Assembly: GCA_903822825.1 (NCBI GenBank)
Contig: CAIJQQ010000054.1
Location: 14,456 to 78,455, forward strand
Direction: 5' to 3'
DNA: 64,000 nucleotides
Origin: an uncultured Burkholderiales bacterium
GTDB lineage: Bacteria; Pseudomonadota; Gammaproteobacteria; Burkholderiales; Burkholderiaceae_C
A program made the translations under genes and the position numbers. Positions 40,372-49,826 of this stretch are shown piece after piece (the first letter of the stretch is position 1; each line of letters starts with the position of its first letter). Below the pieces are notes generated by a model. That model did not search any database, was not told where the DNA came from, and saw only the letters and a list, made by a program, of their open reading frames with translations.

Positions 40372-40398
40372 AGCCCACCGATCGGTGGGCTTTTTTTT
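40372..40398 (+). terminator. Intrinsic terminator after dsbA
   Basis: Palindrome AGCCCACCGATCGGTGGGCT running into a T8 tract. Confidence 0.85.
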
Positions 40399-40477
40399 CG
40401 CCCAATCAAGTCCTCTGCTCAGGGAAACACCCCAGCTTGCACCTACAATCGTTCAACACCAGCAAGATTCGTGCCCC

Positions 40478-41077
40478 ATGAAGTATTTCCAACCATTGCT
40501 CTGCGCCTTGCTTTGGACTTTCCATTGGGCCCCGGTGTGGGCGGAAAAAGCCGATCGCGACAAGCCCATGCAGATCGAAGCCGACCGCATGCAGCATGAC
40601 GAAGGCAAAAAGCTCACCCAGTTTTTTGGCAATGTGCAGGCGGTCAAAGGCACGATGGTGATGCGCGCTGCGCGCATGGACGTGCGCCAAGATGACCAAG
40701 GCAAGCAAAAAGCTTGGCTGTGGGCTGCCCATGGCGAGCGGGTCTTTTTCAGGCAAAAGCGCGAAGGCTTGGACGAATACACCGAGGGCGAAGCTGAAAC
40801 CGCCGAATACGAGGGCGAGTCAGATGTGCTTACCCTGCTGACCCGCGCCGAAATGCGCATGATGCGCGGCACGCAATTGGCAGACCAGCTCCAAGGGCAC
40901 AAAATCGTTTTCAACAACACCACCGAAGTCATGACGGTGGATGGCCAACGCAAAGACAAGGGCACAGACCCGCGCAACCAGCGCGTGCGCGCGGTGCTGG
41001 TGCCCAAGCCCGCCGCCTCTGCCCCCATGCCGCCGCCACTGCGCAGCAGCCCGAGCCTCAAGGACAACAAGCCATGA
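40478..41077 (+). CDS. lptA: LPS transport periplasmic protein LptA
   Basis: [30 protein letters not shown]; directly before lptB. Confidence 0.85.
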   Translation: MKYFQPLLCALLWTFHWAPVWAEKADRDKPMQIEADRMQHDEGKKLTQFFGNVQAVKGTMVMRAARMDVRQDDQGKQKAWLWAAHGERVFFRQKREGLDEYTEGEAETAEYEGESDVLTLLTRAEMRMMRGTQLADQLQGHKIVFNNTTEVMTVDGQRKDKGTDPRNQRVRAVLVPKPAASAPMPPPLRSSPSLKDNKP

Positions 41078-41832
41078 GTGCAAGAAGCCAAGGCCAGGGC
41101 CTTGAAGCACGACACCTGAAAAAAGCCTATGGCAGCCGCAAAGTGGTGCACGACGTGTCGGTGCACGTGAACAAGGGCGAAGTGGTCGGGCTGCTCGGCC
41201 CCAATGGTGCGGGCAAAACCACCTCGTTTTACATGCTCGTGGGCTTGGTGCGGGCTGACGGCGGCCAGATCCTGATCGACGGGCAGGATGTGACCCATTC
41301 ACCCATCCACAAGCGCTCGCGCATGGGCCTGTCCTACCTGCCGCAAGAAGCGTCGATCTTTCGCAAGCTGTCGGTGGCCAACAACGTGCGCGCCATCCTG
41401 GAGTTGCAACACGATGCGCAGGGCCTGCCCCTGGCTTCCAATGTGGTCGAAGACAAACTCACCGCCTTGCTGAACGACTTGAGGGTTGACCACCTGCGCG
41501 ACTCTCCGGCCGTGGCCCTCTCGGGCGGCGAGCGCCGCCGCGTGGAAATTGCCCGCGCTTTGGCGACCGACCCGCGCTTCATCTTGCTCGACGAACCTTT
41601 TGCCGGCATCGACCCGATCGCTGTGATCGAGATCCAGCGCATCATCGCCTTCCTCAAGCAACGCAGCATCGGTGTGCTCATCACCGACCACAACGTGCGC
41701 GAAACGCTGGGCATTTGCGACCACGCCTACATCATCAGCGAAGGGCGTGTGCTGGCCGAAGGCACGCCCGACGACATCGTCCACAACGCCGATGTGCGCC
41801 GGGTGTATCTCGGTGAACACTTCCGAATGTGA
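41074..41832 (+). CDS. lptB: LPS export ABC ATPase LptB
   Basis: [42 protein letters not shown]. Confidence 0.96.
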   Translation: MSARSQGQGLEARHLKKAYGSRKVVHDVSVHVNKGEVVGLLGPNGAGKTTSFYMLVGLVRADGGQILIDGQDVTHSPIHKRSRMGLSYLPQEASIFRKLSVANNVRAILELQHDAQGLPLASNVVEDKLTALLNDLRVDHLRDSPAVALSGGERRRVEIARALATDPRFILLDEPFAGIDPIAVIEIQRIIAFLKQRSIGVLITDHNVRETLGICDHAYIISEGRVLAEGTPDDIVHNADVRRVYLGEHFRM

Positions 41833-41877
41833 TGAAACCGTGAACGGCCCAACGCATTCCGACATGAAAGCCACGGC

Positions 41878-43416
41878 ATGAAACCGAGTCTGTCGCTGCG
41901 CATGTCCCAGCACCTGGCGCTCACGCCCCAGTTGCAACAATCGATCCGCCTGCTGCAACTGTCCACACTGGAGTTGTCACAAGAAGTCGACCAGATGCTC
42001 GACGAGAACCCCTTCCTGGAGCGCGCCAACGAAGAAGCGCCGATGGAGGACTACGGGCTCTCTCAAGCCGATGCCAAAGTCAGCCTGGGCGACCGCGTCA
42101 GCGAAAGCGCCAGCGACAACCACAGTGACGACAACGCCGAACCCCACGAAGAAGCCCTGACCGATGTCGCTGAAAGCTGGGAAGGCGACGGCAGCGTCGA
42201 GATGCAGCCGGACGACAGCGAATGGGGCGGCGACGCTGGCTCGCGCCAAAACAACAGCAACGAGGAAGTGGCCGATGCGGTGGAGCTGGCACGCAGTGCA
42301 GGCTCCTTGACCGACCACCTGCACCGCCAAGCCTTGTCGCTGCGCCTTTCAGACATCGACCGGGCCGCCCTGCGTTTTTTGATCGAATCGGTCAACGACG
42401 ACGGCTACCTCGAAGACAGCTTGGCTGAGCTGGCGGCGACACTGGCCCCGGCCGATGACCTGGAGCAGATCGACGAACTGGTGCACCGCTTCACGGTGGC
42501 CTTGAGCCTGCTGCAATCGCTCGAGCCCGTGGGCGTGGGCGCACGCAACCTCAACGAGTGTCTGCAACTGCAACTGCGCGCACAGCTGCGCGACCAACCC
42601 CACAACGCCCTGGCGCAAGCAGCCCTCAAAGTGTGCGGCCAGCCGCTCGAGTTGACCGCCAAGCGCGACTTCAAAAAATTGGCGCTGCTGTGCGGCGAAG
42701 ACGAAACGCAAATCAAGGCCGCGCTGCAACACATTGCCCGGCTGGAGCCCAAACCGGGTCGCCCCTTTGTGCAGGCCGAGCGCAACATCATCATCCCCGA
42801 CGTGATCGTCACCTCGGTCGGGCGCGGCCCCAACCCCAAGTTCCGGGTGCAGCTCAACCCCGATGTGATGCCCAAGCTGCGCGTGCACGACATCTATGCC
42901 AACGCCCTGCGCGGCGGCAAAGGCGACAACCACGCGGGGCTGCAGCAGCGCCTGCAAGAGGCCCGCTGGTTCATCAAAAACATCCAGCAGCGCTTTGACA
43001 CCATCTTGCGCGTGTCCACCGCCATCGTGGAGCGGCAAAAGAACTTTTTGACGCACGGCGAGCTGGCCATGCGCCCGCTGGTGCTGCGCGAGATCGCCGA
43101 CGAGCTGGGCATGCACGAGTCCACCATCAGCCGCGTGACCACGGCCAAGTACATGAACACGCCGCAAGGCACTTTCGAGCTCAAGTACTTCTTTGGCTCG
43201 GGCTTGGGCACGGACAGCGGCAACGCCGCGTCGAGCACCGCTGTGCGGGCGCTGATCAAGCAGTTCGTGGCCGCCGAAAACCTGGCCAAGCCCCTGTCCG
43301 ACAACCAAATCTCCGAAATGCTCAAGGAGCAAGGCATCGACTGCGCACGCCGCACGGTGGCCAAATACCGCGAAGCCCTGCGCATCGCCCCGGCGAACCT
43401 GCGCAAAACCATTTGA
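41878..43416 (+). CDS. rpoN: RNA polymerase sigma-54 factor
   Basis: LTPQLQQSIRLLQL, HESTISR, RpoN box ARRTVAKYRE. Confidence 0.97.
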   Translation: MKPSLSLRMSQHLALTPQLQQSIRLLQLSTLELSQEVDQMLDENPFLERANEEAPMEDYGLSQADAKVSLGDRVSESASDNHSDDNAEPHEEALTDVAESWEGDGSVEMQPDDSEWGGDAGSRQNNSNEEVADAVELARSAGSLTDHLHRQALSLRLSDIDRAALRFLIESVNDDGYLEDSLAELAATLAPADDLEQIDELVHRFTVALSLLQSLEPVGVGARNLNECLQLQLRAQLRDQPHNALAQAALKVCGQPLELTAKRDFKKLALLCGEDETQIKAALQHIARLEPKPGRPFVQAERNIIIPDVIVTSVGRGPNPKFRVQLNPDVMPKLRVHDIYANALRGGKGDNHAGLQQRLQEARWFIKNIQQRFDTILRVSTAIVERQKNFLTHGELAMRPLVLREIADELGMHESTISRVTTAKYMNTPQGTFELKYFFGSGLGTDSGNAASSTAVRALIKQFVAAENLAKPLSDNQISEMLKEQGIDCARRTVAKYREALRIAPANLRKTI

Positions 43417-43429
43417 GAAAACCCCGCTT

Positions 43430-44716
43430 GTGAATTCACTGCAACTGTTCATGCCCTGCGCCGCTGGCGTCGAGGGCTTTCTGGCCGACGAGGTCAACGC
43501 GATCACGGGCCTGACCGGCCACGACCTGATGACTGGCCGCGGCGGCGTGATGGCCAACGCCTCTTGGCGCGATGCGCTGCGCATCAACCTGCACAGCCGC
43601 CTGACCCAGCGCGTGCTGGTGCAACTGTCGGTCACCGACTACCGCAACGAAAACGACCTCTACCATGCGGCCAGCAACGTCGCCTGGGAAATCTGGTTCA
43701 CCCCCAAGCAGACCTTCAAGATCGACATCACGTCGCAGCACAGCCCGCTGACCAGCCTGAACTTTGCCGCACTCAAGATCAAAGACGCGGTGGCCGACCG
43801 CTTTCGCAACAAGCGCGGCGAGCGCCCCAGCGTCGACACCACCTGGCCCGACGTGCGCATCTACGCCCACCTCACGCCCGAAACGCTCACGCTCTACATC
43901 GACACCTCGGGCGAGCCGCTGTTCAAGCGCGGCTGGCGCACCGACAAGGGCGACGCGCCCCTGAAGGAAACCCTGGCCGCCGCCATGATCGCGGCCAGCG
44001 GATGGGACGGCACGACACCGCTTTACGACCCCTGCTGTGGCAGCGGCACCATCCCGATCGAAGCAGCGCAAATCGCCTGCGGCATCGCGCCCGGCCTGCA
44101 CCGCCGCTTTGGCTTTGAAAAACTGCTGCCCTTTCAGAACCACGTCTGGCAAGGCTTGCTCGAAGAAGCCCGCGCCAACGAACACGCCCCCACCGCGCCG
44201 ATTTTTGGCAGCGATGTGGCCTTCCGCATGGTCGACTTTGCCGAGCGCAACGCCGAGCGCGCAGGCGTGTCGCACGCCATCGAGTTCCGTGGCGGCGACG
44301 CCCTGCAACGCATGCCGCCGAGCGAAACACCCGGCGTCATGCTGCTCAACCCCCCCTATGGAGAGCGCATTGCAGCCGCTGGCGTGGCCGGGCGCGGGCG
44401 TGACAACTTCCAGCCCGGGGCCTTGGCGGATGCACGTTCAAGTGCCCGTGCGGCAGACCAAAGCCACCACCGCGAAACAGCGCAGACGGACGATGGCGGT
44501 GACTTCTTTGCCCAACTGGCCAGCCACTGGAAGAAGAACTACAGCGGCTGGAGCGGCTGGATGCTCACACCCGACCTGAAACTGCCCGGCAAGATGCGCC
44601 TCAAAGAATCGCGCCGCGTGCCCATGTGGAACGGCCCCATCGAATGCCGCTTGTTCCGCTTTGACATGATCAAAGGCAGCCTCAAGCGGGGTGCCAACGA
44701 GACCCCAGCCGCATGA
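43430..44716 (+). CDS. rlmL: THUMP-domain rRNA methyltransferase (RlmL-like)
   Basis: APLKETLAAAM, DPCCGSGT, NPPYGER, NGPIECR. Confidence 0.85.
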   Translation: MNSLQLFMPCAAGVEGFLADEVNAITGLTGHDLMTGRGGVMANASWRDALRINLHSRLTQRVLVQLSVTDYRNENDLYHAASNVAWEIWFTPKQTFKIDITSQHSPLTSLNFAALKIKDAVADRFRNKRGERPSVDTTWPDVRIYAHLTPETLTLYIDTSGEPLFKRGWRTDKGDAPLKETLAAAMIAASGWDGTTPLYDPCCGSGTIPIEAAQIACGIAPGLHRRFGFEKLLPFQNHVWQGLLEEARANEHAPTAPIFGSDVAFRMVDFAERNAERAGVSHAIEFRGGDALQRMPPSETPGVMLLNPPYGERIAAAGVAGRGRDNFQPGALADARSSARAADQSHHRETAQTDDGGDFFAQLASHWKKNYSGWSGWMLTPDLKLPGKMRLKESRRVPMWNGPIECRLFRFDMIKGSLKRGANETPAA

Positions 44717-45135
44717 GCCAGGGCGACGCGGTCCTGCGCGTGCTGGACACCAACATCGTGCTCGACCTCTGGGTGTTTGACGAACCCAAGGCCTTGCCCC
44801 TGAAAAGCAGCCTCGAGACGGGCACAACCCGGTGGATCGCAACGGCGGCCATGCGCGAAGAGCTGGCCCGCGTGCTGGCCTACCCGCAAATCGCCAAACG
44901 GCTCACTGCCCGCACCCTGCCTGCAGACGTTGTGTTGGCTCACTTTGACCGCCACGCCCAACTGCACCCCGATGCGCCCAAAGCCCCCTACGCCTGCAAA
45001 GACGCCGACGACCAAAAGTTCATCGACCTGGCCGTGCAACACACCGCCGCTCTGCACAGCAAAGATGCGCAAGTGCTCTGCATGAGAAAGCGTCTGGAGC
45101 GCTGCGGTGTGGTTCTGAACCCAACCCCCCTGTAG
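44713..45135 (+). CDS. PIN domain protein
   Basis: VLDTNIVLD, EELARVL, DADDQKFIDLA, SKD acidic motifs. Confidence 0.8.
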   Translation: MSQGDAVLRVLDTNIVLDLWVFDEPKALPLKSSLETGTTRWIATAAMREELARVLAYPQIAKRLTARTLPADVVLAHFDRHAQLHPDAPKAPYACKDADDQKFIDLAVQHTAALHSKDAQVLCMRKRLERCGVVLNPTPL

Positions 45136-45203
45136 GAGCCCCGCCCCCAGGGCGATGGTCATGGTCTGCAATAGCCTGATCGCGGCGAGGGCGCCGCTCC
45201 TAC
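45132..45203. repeat. REP doublet (REPIN-like), GTAG family
   Basis: GTAGGAGCCCCGCCCCCAGGGCGA ... TCGCGGCGAGGGCGCCGCTCCTAC in inverted orientation. Confidence 0.85.
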
Positions 45204-45230
45204 AATGGATCCCACGCAAAGAAAGCCTCC

Positions 45231-45995
45231 ATGTCCACTCTCAACGAACTCGCTGCCGAAGACTTTGACACCCTCGACGACATCCTCGACGACCTGCGCT
45301 CGCGGCACGACGAAACCCCGCAGTGGGAATTTTGCGAAGGCTTTTTGGCTGCGCTGGCTTGCTGCCGCCGCGCCATCGACGCCGAGGAATGGCTGCCCGT
45401 GCTGGTGGGCACCGACGAAGGCGGCTCGTTTGCGGACGACGCGCAGCGCGATCAGTTCCTGAGCCTGTGGAACCGCCGCTTTGCCGAAGTGCGCTTGGCA
45501 CTCGACACCGAGATCCAGGCGCTGGACGAAGACAAGGCCTACGCCCCCGAGATCATGGATGTGCGCGGCGCCATCGCCTCGCTGCCCGAAGAAGAACGCG
45601 CCGATGTGGCTGACGACGAAATCCCGGCCTTCGCGCAGGTTTGGGCCTTGGGCTTCATGTACGCGATCGAAAGCTGGTCTGAAGAATGGGAAGCCCCCAA
45701 GGACAAGGACGCGGCCAAATGGCACGACCTGTCGCTGCAGGCCATCGTGGCCGTCACCGAAGACGACACCGACGAGCCGACGCTCTCAGCCCTGTCTGAC
45801 GACGGCCCGCCCAGCGTGAGCGAAAACCGCTTGAATACCTACGGCCAAGCGCTGTGGGCCGTGTACGACCTGCGCGAGATCTGGCGCAACATCGGCCCCC
45901 GCGTGCAGCAAGTCATCAAAGAAGCCACACCCGGTCGCAACGACGTTTGCTCTTGCGGCAGCGGAAAAAAATACAAGAAGTGCTGCGGCGCCTGA
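45231..45995 (+). CDS. YecA/UPF0149 family protein with SEC-C motif
   Basis: EGFLAAL, WALGFM, C-terminal [19 protein letters not shown]. Confidence 0.88.
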   Translation: MSTLNELAAEDFDTLDDILDDLRSRHDETPQWEFCEGFLAALACCRRAIDAEEWLPVLVGTDEGGSFADDAQRDQFLSLWNRRFAEVRLALDTEIQALDEDKAYAPEIMDVRGAIASLPEEERADVADDEIPAFAQVWALGFMYAIESWSEEWEAPKDKDAAKWHDLSLQAIVAVTEDDTDEPTLSALSDDGPPSVSENRLNTYGQALWAVYDLREIWRNIGPRVQQVIKEATPGRNDVCSCGSGKKYKKCCGA

Positions 45996-46025
45996 CCGCT
46001 TGAGGGGCAGAATGCCCCGCGTTTT

Positions 46026-46213
46026 GCAGGCGCCCCGCCCTCGGGGCAAATGCCAATGGTCCACTTTTCGCGGCGAGGGCGCCGCTCCTACAAAGAATGC
46101 CAATGGTGCACTTTTCGCAGCAAGGGCGCCGCTCCCACAGAATTTGTGGGAGCCCCGCCCTCGGGGCGATGAGTGGTCTGCAAGAGTTTTCGCGACGGGG
46201 GCGTCGCTCCTAC
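46026..46213. repeat. BIME-like cluster of five REPs between convergent genes
   Basis: REPs at 46026-46049(+), 46068-46091(-), 46115-46138(-), 46146-46169(+), 46190-46213(-); linker ATGCCAATGGT(C/G)CACTTT duplicated. Confidence 0.85.
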
Positions 46214-46217
46214 AAAA

Positions 46218-47195
46218 TCAAACCATCCACTTTGCCAGCGCGTCGCTGGTTGCTTCGGGCAACTCTTCAGGGATGAAGTGCCCTGAAGCCATGAGCTGCC
46301 CCGCCACTTGTCCCGCGCATTGCGCCTGCCAGAGGTCGACCGGCTTGAACATGCGGTTGACGACGCCGCGCTCCCCCCACAACACCAAGGTGTCGCAAGT
46401 GATTTTGTCGCCGCGCTCGCGGCTTTCGCGGTCGTACTGCAAGTCGATGCCTGCGCTGGCGCGGTAGTCTTCGGCCGCGCTGTGGATGGCGGCTGACCAG
46501 CCCTTCGCGTTCAAGGCCGGATTGCACAAAGCGCGCTCGTACTCGGCCAAGGCTTCGGGCTCGATGAAGCCCAAGCCTTGGCTGCCCCAGCCGCCGAGCT
46601 TGGCGTGCAGATAGGCTTTGGGGTTGCCTGCGATCATGAACTCGGGCAGCGGCGCGGGCTGGGTCAGGTGGAACCAGTGGTAGTAAGCCTGTGCAAACGC
46701 AAAATAGGGCTCCGCCACAGGGCCAGAGACTTGAGGGGTTTTGCCCGGCAATGTCCCCCAGTGGCCGCTGTACATGTCGATCGTGGGCGCGATGTCGATG
46801 ACGCACAGCTTCTTGACCCGCGATGCATGGTCCAGCGCCAAGCGGTGCGCCACGCGCCCGCCCCGGTCGTGGCCGCACAGGAAGAAGTCACCCACACCCA
46901 AGGCGTCGAGCAAGCCCACCACCTCTTGGGCCATGGCCCGCTTGCTGTAGTTCGCGTGCTCGGCATCGCCCACTTCGTGCGACGAATCGCCGTAGCCGCG
47001 CAGGTCGGGCATGACGATGCGGTACTGGACACTCAGCCGCTGCGCCACGCGGTGCCACATCACATGGGTTTGCGGAAAACCGTGCAGCAGCACAAGCACA
47101 GGCTTGGCCGCTGTCCAGTCCAGTGATTTTCGGAATGTGACCGGCAGACCCTGAACGCTCAGGGTCTGTTTTTCAAAACCATCGAACCAAGCCAC
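46218..47195 (-). CDS. Haloacetate (fluoroacetate) dehalogenase-like alpha/beta hydrolase
   Basis: HGFPQ, DLRGYG, GHDRGGRV, YYHWF, EDYRA, GHFIPEE. Confidence 0.8.
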   Translation of the reverse strand: MAWFDGFEKQTLSVQGLPVTFRKSLDWTAAKPVLVLLHGFPQTHVMWHRVAQRLSVQYRIVMPDLRGYGDSSHEVGDAEHANYSKRAMAQEVVGLLDALGVGDFFLCGHDRGGRVAHRLALDHASRVKKLCVIDIAPTIDMYSGHWGTLPGKTPQVSGPVAEPYFAFAQAYYHWFHLTQPAPLPEFMIAGNPKAYLHAKLGGWGSQGLGFIEPEALAEYERALCNPALNAKGWSAAIHSAAEDYRASAGIDLQYDRESRERGDKITCDTLVLWGERGVVNRMFKPVDLWQAQCAGQVAGQLMASGHFIPEELPEATSDALAKWMV

Positions 47196-47198
47196 GGC

Positions 47199-48203
47199 TC
47201 AGTCCACCTTGGCGCCAGAGGCCTTGACCACGGCGGCCCATTTCTTGTGCTCGGCTTCGATCATCGTCGCAAACTGCGCCGAGGTGTTGCCACTCGGAAT
47301 GGCGCCCTGCAACTGAAGTTTTTCCTTGATGGCCGGCGAGTTCAATGCCTTGGCCACTTCCTGCTGGATCCGGTTGACGATGTCCATGGGGGTGCCCGCC
47401 GGGGCCAGCAAACCAAACCAGCTGCTGGCTTCAAAGCCCTTGAGGCCTGCGGCCTCCTCAATGGTGGGCAGCTCGGGCACGGCCGAGGAACGCTGTCCAC
47501 TGGTCACGGCGAGCGCCTTGATCCTGCCCGCCTTGATGAGCTGCAATGCCGAGGGCAGGTTGTCAAACATCACATCCATATTGCCTGCGGCCAGGTCCAA
47601 GAGCGCCGGGCTGGAGCCTCGGTAAGGGATGTGGGCCATGAAGATGCCCGTCTGGCTCTTGAACAACTCGCCCGCCAAGTGAATCGATGTGCCATTGCCG
47701 CTGGACGCCATGTTCAGCTTGCCGGGGTTGGCACGGGCGTACTTGATGAAGTCGTTGACATTGTTGATCTTGTGGGCGGTCGCCAAATCGGCGTTGATCA
47801 CCATCACATTGGGCACGCCAGCCACCAGAGTGACGGGCACAAAATCCTTGAAGGGGTCATAGGGCAGCTTGGCATACAGCGCCCGGTTGATGCCGTGCGT
47901 ACCCACCGTGCCCATGAGCAGGGTGTAGCCGTCCCCTGCCGCCTTGGAGACGATTTCTGCACCCAGGTTGCCGCCCGCGCCGGCCTTGTTCTCGACCACG
48001 AACTGCTGGCCAAACGCCTTGGACAACTCGGGCGCCACAGCGCGGGCCAGGATGTCGGTGGTGCCACCGGGCGCAAAGGGCACGATGATCTTGACCGGCT
48101 TGCTGGGCCAGGCGCTCTGCGCCCAGGCCATGGATGAAGCCGCCAACATCGCTGCGGCGGCAAGCCCCGACACGATGTGACGACGGTAAGGAACAGAGTT
48201 CAT
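47199..48203 (-). CDS. Bug/TctC tripartite tricarboxylate transporter substrate-binding protein
   Basis: [40 protein letters not shown]. Confidence 0.93.
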   Translation of the reverse strand: MNSVPYRRHIVSGLAAAAMLAASSMAWAQSAWPSKPVKIIVPFAPGGTTDILARAVAPELSKAFGQQFVVENKAGAGGNLGAEIVSKAAGDGYTLLMGTVGTHGINRALYAKLPYDPFKDFVPVTLVAGVPNVMVINADLATAHKINNVNDFIKYARANPGKLNMASSGNGTSIHLAGELFKSQTGIFMAHIPYRGSSPALLDLAAGNMDVMFDNLPSALQLIKAGRIKALAVTSGQRSSAVPELPTIEEAAGLKGFEASSWFGLLAPAGTPMDIVNRIQQEVAKALNSPAIKEKLQLQGAIPSGNTSAQFATMIEAEHKKWAAVVKASGAKVD

Positions 48204-48281
48204 GAGGGTCTCCAGACAATGCCCCCATGATGCCACCGCCCACGCCAAACGCTGTCACAGCGGGGGCACCAAGCCGCTGCT

Positions 48282-49826
48282 TTAAGGGTTTGTCAGGAGG
48301 CTTTGCAGCTGCGTCTTGAGCACTTTACCCAAAGCGCTTTTGGGCAAGCTGTCCATGAACACCACGCGTCGTGGCTGCTTGAAGCGCGCAATGCGTGACT
48401 GCAGGTGGGCCAGCACAGCCTCGGCGCTCAGGGCTTGCCCTGCGGCGTCGGGGCTGCGCACCAGCACCGCCACGGGCACTTCGCCCCAGCGCGCGTCGGC
48501 CACGCCGACCACCGCGTACTCGGCCACACCGGGCAAGGTGACGAGTTGGTTTTCGATTTCGGCCGGGTAGATGTTCTCACCGCCCGAGATGATCATGTCT
48601 TTGCTGCGGCCCACGATGGTGATGCAGCCGTCTTCGGCGCGTTGCCCCAGATCGCCAGAGTGGAACCAGCCGTCCTGCAAACCCATGTTGGACTCACCAT
48701 CGGCACGCCAATAACCGCGCATCAGGTTGGCAGCGCGGATACAGACTTCGCCCGTTTCACCGGAGCCGACTTCTTGGCCGTCTGCGTCGATCAGTTTGAC
48801 TTGTGCTTGCGGGTGCGGCCAGCCCGAAGCGCCTACGCGGGCCATGGCCTCGGGCAAGCGCAGCACGATGGACACGGGGCCGGTTTCGGTGGTGCCGTAG
48901 ACCTGGCCCACGGGCACGCCGCGTGCATGCAGCACTTCGAGGTACGCCACAGGCACGGTGGACGAGCCGGTCATGATGCCGCGCAGACAAGCGAGTGAGG
49001 TGTGCACCCAGCGCGGGTGTTCAAACAGGACGCGCATGGTGGCGGGCACCAAGAGCGACAGCGTGGGGCCGCTCGTGTTCATTTCATCCAGCCAAGCCGA
49101 TGGGTCAAAGCGCGGATGCAAGACCACCTCCACCCCCGCCAGCAGCGCGGGCAGGGTCTGGATGCACAGGCCACCCACATGGAACATGGGCAAGGTGGAC
49201 AGCACCTTGTCGCCCAGCGCAAAGCCATGCGCCCAGTCACTGGCGCGGGCATTGGCCAGCAGCGCCGCTTGCGTGTGCACCGCGCCCTTGGGCACCCCCG
49301 TGGTGCCCGAGGTGTAGGCCAGCAGCAGCGGCAGCTCGCTGTGAACATCCCTGTGCATTTCGGGCAGTGGCAGGCCGCGTGGTGAAGCGGTGGCGATCAG
49401 GGTGTCGAGGTGGGTGTGCTGCAGGTCTGCGCCTTGCAGTGCCTGCGCCGTATCGGCATGGTGACTGTCGTGCACCAGCAGGCGCGGCTGCGCGTCACCC
49501 ATGACCTGCTGCAGCTCGGGGACCGCCAAGCGAAAGTTCAGTGGTATAAACACCGCACCCAAACGGGCGCAGGCCACCAGCGTGACCAGCTGCAGCTCAT
49601 GGTTGAAACCCAGCCAGGCCACGCGGTCTCCCGGCTGCACACCCCAAGTGGATTGCAGGTGCGCGGTGACGCGCTCCACGCGACGCCAGAACTTGGCGAA
49701 GTCATACGCCAAGGTGCTACCGGGTTGGCGCTCGTCACCGCGAAAGGTCATGGCCGGTTGCGTACCGTGCTCGTGCGCGAGCTGCGCAAAGCGCGCCGCG
49801 ATCAGGCTGGTCTCAGAGGCCGACAT
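48282..49826 (-). CDS. Acyl/aryl-CoA ligase (ANL superfamily)
   Basis: YTSGTTGVPKG, YGTTE, SGDLG, GRSKDMIISGGENIYP, PKSALGK; ATG 49826 overlaps upstream stop. Confidence 0.9.
   Translation of the reverse strand: MSASETSLIAARFAQLAHEHGTQPAMTFRGDERQPGSTLAYDFAKFWRRVERVTAHLQSTWGVQPGDRVAWLGFNHELQLVTLVACARLGAVFIPLNFRLAVPELQQVMGDAQPRLLVHDSHHADTAQALQGADLQHTHLDTLIATASPRGLPLPEMHRDVHSELPLLLAYTSGTTGVPKGAVHTQAALLANARASDWAHGFALGDKVLSTLPMFHVGGLCIQTLPALLAGVEVVLHPRFDPSAWLDEMNTSGPTLSLLVPATMRVLFEHPRWVHTSLACLRGIMTGSSTVPVAYLEVLHARGVPVGQVYGTTETGPVSIVLRLPEAMARVGASGWPHPQAQVKLIDADGQEVGSGETGEVCIRAANLMRGYWRADGESNMGLQDGWFHSGDLGQRAEDGCITIVGRSKDMIISGGENIYPAEIENQLVTLPGVAEYAVVGVADARWGEVPVAVLVRSPDAAGQALSAEAVLAHLQSRIARFKQPRRVVFMDSLPKSALGKVLKTQLQSLLTNP

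Noticed and set aside
40478-43416. lptAB-rpoN without lptC, kdsCD, hpf or ptsN
   Set aside because: Probably ordinary gene-order rearrangement; absence cannot be judged from one window.
46000-46467. 155-aa ORF reading through the REP cluster
   Set aside because: It overlaps the dehalogenase-like gene antisense and has no clear start signal or folded domain, unlike the 52056 case.
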